Source of the DNA: Octopus sinensis
Lineage: Eukaryota
NCBI RefSeq assembly: GCF_006345805.1
Contig: NC_043002.1
Coordinates: 99,448,001-99,512,000 of the forward strand
DNA: 64,000 nt
Direction of reading: 5' to 3'
Part shown: positions 55,600 to 64,000 of the stretch, piece by piece
Numbering within the stretch: position 1 is the stretch's first letter
Layout: every line of letters starts with the position of its first letter
Position numbers and translations under genes: made by a program
The notes under the pieces: model-generated
The model's input: the letters and a program-made list of their open reading frames with translations, nothing else
Told to the model about the DNA's origin: nothing
Database searches by the model: none

Positions 55600-57540
55600 A
55601 ACTTCCCAAAATTAATTTACCCGCCGTCCAGAAAATAATGACGCCTGGGACTTCTGAACTTTACCCAAGGAACCAGACAACTGGTTAACCCTGTGCGCTT
55701 ATAACACGGCCCAGGATACAAACCATGGAAATACCCGCTAGAACTAGTGACGTTCGAAGAAATCGTTCATCAGTGACCTTAGGTTCTGACACAGAGCTCG
55801 AAAACCTTTTGAATCAGAACCAACTCCTTCAAGAACCCGTAGGAAATCAAACCAGGGATATTCCCGAGACTGACGCTCAGGATCAACCACCAAATCTATC
55901 TCAGAGAAATAGAAATACAAGACAAAAATGGAGTAAAGAGGAATATAACGAAGTTATGCATGCACTTAAACCCAGAAGCTTCAACCACTCAAAAGGAGAC
56001 CTACAATATCTGGAGGTGTAAAAACCTGCACAGCAGCCTGTACATGGACGGTAATAAACTAGGATCTGTGGGACTTGATATCATATAAAATAAAAAAAAT
56101 ACTGACAACGAAATTGACAAAACAGTCACATCGGTCAAAACTCAGCTCCGTAGAACACACTCACTTATACCCACAGGTAAAAATCCCTAAAATCACTAAC
56201 TCAAACCAGCAAACTAGGTACACAGAACCCTATGAAGTTCGACGGTCAGTTGGAACTAATAAGACCTATAAATGATCATGTCAGCAATGAACTGTCAGAT
56301 GGAATGCTAGAACAATATCTAATACAACTCCATCAACTTTTGCACGAAAGACCCCCACTTACGCAAATTTTTAATACTAATAAGAACAGACAAGCAATCA
56401 AAGAAGTTGATCAAGAACTTGGAAAGCTGATACGACAACTCCTTGAGAATAGTAGTGAAAATGCCCTCGAAGTAGTTGATCAACCTATTTACTCAGCAGC
56501 CTATGTTGCAGCTCAGAAATGCGGTATTAAAATTAGAGTTAGACAAAAGAGCAATGTATACAAACGGTCTGCATGGATAGAAAGAATAAACCGGGAAGTA
56601 ATCCAACTAAGAGCAGATATACTTTCCTTCTTGAAGCAAGCAAAGAGAAAACTAATAAACGCAAGAGACTAATAAGAATAATTGCTAAACATGACCTTTA
56701 CAAGAAAACAAAAGATACGCAGATTGAAATCCTCAAACAAAAACTACAATTAAAAACCAAACGACTGGTAAGGTACAAAAAAAAAAGAAAACGCTCAGCA
56801 TTCCATAAACAAAACTACCATGCAAACATCCTTAAAGACGGATTTGACTCGTCGTGCAGAATTTTCAGAAAATTCACAGAGACAAATGATCATGTTGCTT
56901 CTGGCTGCCTAGTCCTCGCTGAACAGGAGTACCTCATAAGACATGATAGACTAGGGCAGTACATCCACTGGAATGCTTGTAAATACTACAGAATTAAATC
57001 TCACGGTAAGTGGTACAGGCACCATACAGAGGATGTAGTAAATGGCGAGGGCGTCACCATCCTTTGGAACTTCCCAATACAAACAAACAGAAAAGTTAAC
57101 TCCAATCACGGATCAAAACAAAAGAACTGTTTATAGATACGTCTGTACCACAAGATCAAAATGTCTCAGGAAAAAATATACGAAAATATTTCTCGCTATA
57201 AAGATCTGAAAATTGAAATCACAAACATGTGGAAGCTTAGTACTACGATAATAGGTGTAGTAATTGGTGCGTTGGGAATGATAAAGTAGGGAGCTGAGGA
57301 GTATATCAAGCAACTGCTCGGTAACCCCAGTCTCCGTGAACTGTAAAAGATAACCTTGATGGGTACAGCCCATAAACTATGGAAAGCACTAAAATGGAAT
57401 TGCTGTGGTAATTTTAGCATGCATAGCAAAGCAAATGTGCCCTTGCTACTCTTGACCTCCGGAATATGCCTGGTACTAAGTAAGGTAGCTGAAATAAACT
57501 TATAATGAAAAGAAGCCATAATAATAACAACCACAATAAT
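55600..57540 (+). mobile_element. R4/Dong-like non-LTR retrotransposon (RLE type), internally deleted and frameshifted
   Basis: N-terminal RQKWSKEEYNEVM; pre-RT LKQKLQLKTKRLVRY; zinc knuckle CR...ET..HV.SGC..LAEQEYL.RHD; endonuclease remnants ILWNFPIQT, FIDTSVPQDQNV, RYKDLKIEITNMW, VVIGALG; no RT motifs in between. Confidence 0.85.
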
Positions 57541-58722
57541 TGGTGTAGTTTGTGGTATCGATAAATATGTATGCAACAAACTGGAAAGCTAGGATTTTCA
57601 AGCAAAGAAACTTACTAACTCGAACCTTCCAAATATAGTTTAGTAGTGGAAAAATAAAAACATATGCTAGCCCTTGCTAAATGTCAATATATAACTTTTA
57701 TTGCAATTGCTATCCTGTGATGGGGCATTTGTTTCTTTGGTAGAAACCAACCCACTTTTTCTCGGAAAAAAATTCAAATGAATATACATACGTGGGCATA
57801 AAACCAGAGGCAACGACACAGTGCAGTGCAGTGCTATCAACCTGATGCAACTAAAAGCAATTGTACATGATATGTAACCGCATGTAATCAATATTTAGAC
57901 TTTATTCATACCTTTCAAGTGTTATATTTCCATTCACTGATATATATAAATATATATAAAATACAGGCTCGGGTACATGGTTGTACGCAAGCTGTTAGAA
58001 ACATGAGCAATATCTCTCAGAAATCCCTCTCTGCAGTCTTAAGGACTGGAAGATTCTTTATATATAATAGTTCAAAATACATCTAAAAGACAAGTTAGTT
58101 ACGGCTGGGGTGATTTGGGCCGTCGGTCTGTCAGATATGCTTTAAACAATGGGCTAAATGCACCAGATATAGCAGTCGCACCAGTGAAGGATCCTCTACC
58201 AGGTCTCTCACTCTACTAGAAATAGAAGCAAAATATGACTCGTACATTATGGCGGAATTTAAGGGCAGATCGCATTACATAATGCTGTTGTTCTACTCGC
58301 CACCAAATAAGATGGAACAGTCACGAGTAAACTCTTCGATGATAGGTCTGATCAGTCAGAGCTGATCAGGAATCAACCTATTTTCAGTCTTTGCGCTTAA
58401 TATATTAGAAACAAGATCGTCTACAATATTACTGCTCTTCATCTTTATGAGAAAAAGTGGGACATGTTGGATAATGTAGGTTGAAACGCTAATGTTATAG
58501 GACTGATCAGTCGAAGCTGACCTGAGACTAAGCAGGATCAGTAGTTGCATCTTCTCCCCTTCCACTCCTCCGCTTCCTCCCACCAGAGCTTATTATAATG
58601 ACGATATCTCGGCGACAGGGACCCTCTATTCTGTTGATAGACTCGTTATAAAAAGCAACTTAATCTTTCTCTCAAGAAGGTCCTATAAGAAAGGACACAT
58701 TGGTTTCTGTATTGTTTTATGC

Positions 58723-58753
<31 letters not shown>

Positions 58754-60011
58754 AATGTTTGTGTGTGTATGCGTGTATGCATGAATGTGTGTATAGTATG
58801 GATCAGAGTAAGAGATAATCATCGCGGCTCTGATGTCTTTCATCATAGACACGCTTGATCAGGGTTGACCTAAACTTAAAGGAAAGCGATAGTAATTACT
58901 AATTATAAAGATTGCCATAAATGTACGTATTTCTGTGTGTGAGTGTGTTTATGTCGTCGTACAGAGGGAGAGAGAGTGGAGAGGGAGAGAGAGTTGATAG
59001 ATAGCTACATGGATAGATAATCACGTGCATGGATAGACAGACAGACAGATAGAAAGACACATAGATAGATAGGTAGCCGGACAGACAGATAGACGGACAT
59101 ACATGATATTGGTTTTATTTGATAATCAATTGCTTTGCGTAATTTCTAGACGTAAAGTAATTGGATATATAATGATATACAATGAAAGTATTCAGGCAGA
59201 AATTAATAGAAGACAAATATAACTGCTACACCATAATTTACATGCATAGTTATATACGTACATGCTTACACTCGTTTGCTGTACAAACACTCATACGATT
59301 TGTACTGCTCTATTAGACGTTAGACGATATCCATACAAGAGAAAGAAACATAAATGCCTACTTCGAATTCTCATAAGAGTAGTGGCTTTTGTCTCCTGTA
59401 CCTAAAACGGTACCTACATAATTTAAATGGGTTGCATATCCGTTTTCGGTGAAATTTTAGAATTATATCAAAATTTTCAAAATTGATATATTCAAATAAT
59501 CTTCAATTTATTTGGTTATTTATTTGTTCCAGAGGAGTTGCTAAAATTGCTACTGAGGGTTAAAGTTTAATCACTTTTGTCTAATCAGGAAATAGGGTTT
59601 TCAGCATGATAGCTGTTTATCACGAAATGAAACAGAATCATTACGAGGAGATATTTCTATTAAACAAACGTAAGCAAAACATAACGACGACCAAAGTTGA
59701 AGAACCAATGATAATAAGTTTTAATGAGTAAAATCAGACGTGTAAATAATTTTAAAAGGAAAAAAAATCCTAAACAAATTTTTTTGTGAAAAATTGCACA
59801 AATCTGTCCCGATCAAGAGGCCTATCTCTCTTGGAAGGCATGGTCTGACATGTATTAAGCAAAAAATTAAATGACATTGTATTATGAAAATTACCCGGCA
59901 ACGACGGGCTATTCAGTTAGTGTATCTGGTGTGTGTATATGTGTGTGTGTGTGTGTGTATGTGTGCGTGCGTGAATGTGTACATATGTATATATGCATGT
60001 ACATATGTATG

Positions 60012-60700
60012 TATATATATATATATATGTATGCCCTTATTCAGTTTTATTTCAAGATTTCTTGCCAAGAGAGAAAGAGTAAGTTCCTAACCTAGATCCC
60101 ATGCTCCTTCATTTAAATTTCAAAAACATTAACAGAGTATTTTTGTATGTATGTACATGTGCAGATTTGTATGTTTTGTTTAATGTATGTATTTATATGC
60201 ATAGAGTTTGCATATCTAGACATGCTCATATATACGTAAATGATAGAATTCTGGAAAGTTTTACAGATTTTTAGTTTCATTGGTGGCTTCGATCTATAGT
60301 TTTCGAATCAGCTTTCTCCTTTCTGGTTTTGAGAATCTTCATTTCTCAAGATTGGTATTTAAGCAGTCTGTTTTATATATCCCGGTGCCCCTATAATTAC
60401 TGGTATAAACCCGAAATTGTAATCTGGATAGAATTACCGCAGATTTCTCAATTGTTCAGCGTAGGAATTTTCACTTCCACTGACCTTTAGCTTTAGTTCA
60501 CATCCGTGGACAGCTGATTTCCATAACTGTACACAGTTTCATTCTCTATCCTAAATTTCTTTGTCAAGTCTGTTATGTTTACATTTTATTGAGGTTTTCA
60601 CGGGGACATTCCCCCTATACTCCATTTTGTTATGAGTAGCTTTGGCTATGTCCATACTGTGGGTTCTTAATTTTTTATTCCTCGAAATTATCCTTCCGAC
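60012..60700 (-). mobile_element. 3' fragment of a second RLE-type non-LTR retrotransposon
   Basis: Minus translation: KCKHNRLD (cf. HNRPD), LCTVMEISCP.DVN, YAEQLRNL, FIPVIIGAPG; stops and frameshifts. A possible TAEHII..RHN remnant lies near 60970-61040. Confidence 0.75.
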
Positions 60701-60701
60701 A

Positions 60702-60782
60702 GTATGTATGTATGTATGTATGTATGTATGTATGTATGTATGTATGTATGTATGTATGTATGTATGTATGTATGTATGTATG

Positions 60783-60813
<31 letters not shown>

Positions 60814-60828
60814 ATATATATATATATA

Positions 60829-60860
<32 letters not shown>

Positions 60861-60861
60861 G

Positions 60862-60899
<38 letters not shown>

Positions 60900-60900
60900 G
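60702..60900. repeat. (TATG)n(TATC)n microsatellite
   Basis: Directly visible. Confidence 0.95.
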
Positions 60901-61811
60901 CATGTATTTGCTTGATTATTTTATCTAATTCTTTTCCTGATCAAATCCTCCTGCATGTAGATGATTGCCAGGCAACGAGTTTTATGATATTATGTCTCAT
61001 TTCCAAATAATGTGTTCAGCAGTTTTCTTCTATTATAACAAATAAATATCTAAAGTTGATGAGTTCCATCTTTTCACTTAATTATAACATCCTGAATAGT
61101 CATTTTAATAAGCACAATTTCTCTTAATGCTGAAAATGTAGCGTTTAAAGATATAAAGAAAACTAAAGGAAGTATTATGTTCCCTTTTATATTCTTGTAA
61201 TATGAAAATGCATCTTTTTAATATGGCCATGGTGATGAATTTATTAAGAATGCTTTGGTTCGAGGTATAATTATCGTATGCTGCAGAATACCAGGTGAGG
61301 AAATACGTTACAAGCAAAACCATACGTCAGGTACCTAGATAAATTCTACTATACATAGACACCTTTTTGGCCCCATATTTTGAACATTTTAGAGCATCCA
61401 AGATATTACAGCTGGAGGAAAAGGGCCCATCGTAAAGACTGAATAGAGTGTAGCTACATGATATTAAATGCATTGTTCAAGGGCACACCGAGCAGCCGAG
61501 TGGTGGAATTACAACCACAATTTTGTGATCGTAAGCTAAATATTCTCACTAATCAATCATGTGCATTTATCCAATAAAATCTTAAACGTATCGACCGTAA
61601 TGTATCTACAAGCAGCTAATTTACTGCAATGAGTTTATAGCAAGCCGTATCTCTCTATATGAGATATGATACTATGACAAACATGCTGTACAATATAAAC
61701 TGTGGAAAATAAAATCATGATGAATAAATGGTATAAAAATTTACAAGAATGTTTATGAAATACTGTAGTGGAAAAGGTTACTGGAATGTTCCCGATGAAA
61801 TATCTGTAAAA

Positions 61812-62203
61812 TCATTATATATAAAAGAGAGGTTGTGTGTCTTTCTCCTACGATTTAGATTCCTAACTACTCCCACATTTTGCCGTGCAGTTTAACCAAA
61901 ACCGGGTATCTTATAGTCGTGATTCATATCGAGCCCTTCTGGGTATTAGCGCGCGTCTACGATGAGTCTACGATTTAAAAAAAATTACCATCATTTTTTC
62001 CATTTTAATGCATTTTTTCGCTATTATATAAGGGAAGTAACTCACTAAAAATGTCTACGATGAGTCAACGATTAAAAAAAAAAACCATCATTTTGTTTCC
62101 ATTTCTAATGCATTTTTTTGCTATTTTTTGGCTATAACTCTCTAAAAATGCTTATATAGTGATTTCCCTTACAAATCCGAGCAACGCCGGGCGATACTGC
62201 TAG
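61812..62203 (+). mobile_element. Non-autonomous Helitron
   Basis: A|TC 5' end; subterminal hairpin TCCG.GC-AAC-GC.CGGG; CTAG|T 3' end; no TSD; internal duplication of about 90 bp (GTCTACGATGAGTC twice). Confidence 0.8.
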
Positions 62204-63279
62204 TGTAAGGATAAAATACTAGACAAAGATCTAGGGCATTGAAAAAACATAGCAGACAAGGGAAAATGAAATAACTATGTATAACCTAGGGAAATCTGAA
62301 AATACTTCACCGACAATATTAGGATTCAACCTGTAATTACTGGGGTGGTATAATTTTGTCAGTAAATGCCTCCTCGTGAATTTTAATCAGCTGAAGTCCA
62401 CGAAAATACGTTTGTCATTGTCAATTAAGAAACAGCAAATCTAATCCATTAAAAAAACTGTGAGTATATAGACATATATGCAATGATATGCATGACTGTG
62501 CGCAGTCTTGGGATATACAGACAACGTATATATGTGTATATGTGTGAGAATATGTGTGTATATGTGGGCATATAAACAGAGTGGGGTGCATTTGTGTGTG
62601 AGTTTTGTCTATAGCTCTCTTGTCACACTCGCAAATTCGTACACTTGCCATTATTTAATCAAAGAAATCATTCTTTTAGTGCCCGGTTTGAATTTCAAGA
62701 ATTTCTGTAGAAAATTTAACATATTATTAAAAAATAAAAATAAAAAGTCGCCGGTGCGAATTGATGAGAAATCTGTAGACATTTCACACAGACTATAAAT
62801 TTATATTTATACCTGCCATTATTCGAGGAGTTGGCAATGAAATTAATTGCCTTAGCAAGAATCTTGAGAAGCTTAGTTACAGAAAATCAGAAACACAACT
62901 AATTAAAAAGTTACAATTAACTGCCATTAATGAAAATACAAAAATGTCTAAAATAATCCGAACATTAGACAACTTTTTTACGCATACTCACGAATAGCCG
63001 TATAGTTATTGGTATGTGTACATAGAGAGTGTGATGTGCATGGATGGGAAAATACAAGCTCTCGCATACGAGTTCGGATATATAGGAGCATAATTAAATC
63101 ATGTAAGCGTATATGAATTCTTAGTTAATGTTTGTATAAATTCCAATGAATATCAATTACCTCTCGGTTAAAGACTTGCTCTTGTATAGATTTAGCGACA
63201 TAAATGGAAGAAAACCAAAATAATACATACATACCTATATAATTACAGAGATACGTACGTATACAGATATATACAGACA

Positions 63280-63318
<39 letters not shown>

Positions 63319-63359
63319 TATATATACATATGTGTGCGTGTGCGTGCGTGTGTGTGTGT

Positions 63360-63470
63360 GACCGCGTGTGTATCGTTGGCGATGCACACGTTTCCTTTTT
63401 CTATGTTTCTGACGAAGAGCTCCCCTCGAAACGGTAAATCCTCCTTTCTTTCTTTCTTTCCTTTCCTGAA
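63360..63470 (+). mobile_element. HHR element family A, truncated; HHR at 63405-63439
   Basis: GTTT-CTGACGA-A-GAG-CTCCC-CTC-GAA-ACGGT-AAAT; adjacent to a TA/TG tract. Confidence 0.8.
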
Positions 63471-64000
63471 ATATTATAAAGTCAGTAATTAGTGAATTAC
63501 ATTTCACAGACACGCTTTCATTTTATTCATTCCATGTCCCTTTTCAAAACTACTGATCGTTCTGGCTAAGATACGGTCGATAATGCAACGCAGTGGAATT
63601 GCAAGCATCGAAAGACATTTCGATCGGTATCCATGCTCCTAATTCGTCGACTTTATCTGATATCTTACTCTAAAATTTCCCATTTTAGTAATCCTCTAAA
63701 AAACCTAATGGTGTGAGATTTGTTGAACGTGGTGGGTAATTTCCGTCCACTCTGCCTGATTACCAAAATCTCATCAACGTAGACTCTTATATTACAATTG
63801 TATTCTGTGGTGCCCCATCTATAGAAACAAAACTGCGTACCTTCAAAGTACTCTTCACTTGTTGGCATTTTGTCAAAGCATGTTTAAGGAAATGCGAACA
63901 GTCACAGGGTTGTCAAAAAAGAACGGTCTATTTCTACCATTTTCAGGGTAAACTGCAACATACTGTATTCCCTGGCAAATTTGGTAAATTAACATAGTGC

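Overview
AT-rich, microsatellite-dense metazoan genomic DNA. The SINE families are ones I recall from Octopus genomes, so the organism call is an inference. No intact, nameable protein-coding gene is visible. The window is a mosaic of tRNA-derived SINEs (three families, several in inverted pairs), a decayed mariner transposase, two RLE-type non-LTR retrotransposon remnants (one R4/Dong-like with the RT deleted), a non-autonomous Helitron, a MITE with internal telomere-like repeats, and unexplained ORF or exon-like patches. The main signal is about 16 type I hammerhead ribozyme (HHR) motifs, about 10 with a largely complete core, from at least 7 unrelated short elements. Most sit in or beside (TA)n tracts and show tandem or fold-back arrangements typical of Penelope-like retroelements and retrozymes. 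Several have palindromic or near-loopless stem III (dimer-type), and four unrelated families share a CCGANGA (U4C) core variant. One element (28043-28962) is a 1.5-mer of a 553-bp HHR-containing monomer plus an inverted tail, as expected from reverse transcription of a circular RNA. All motifs were folded by eye and need computational and biochemical confirmation.
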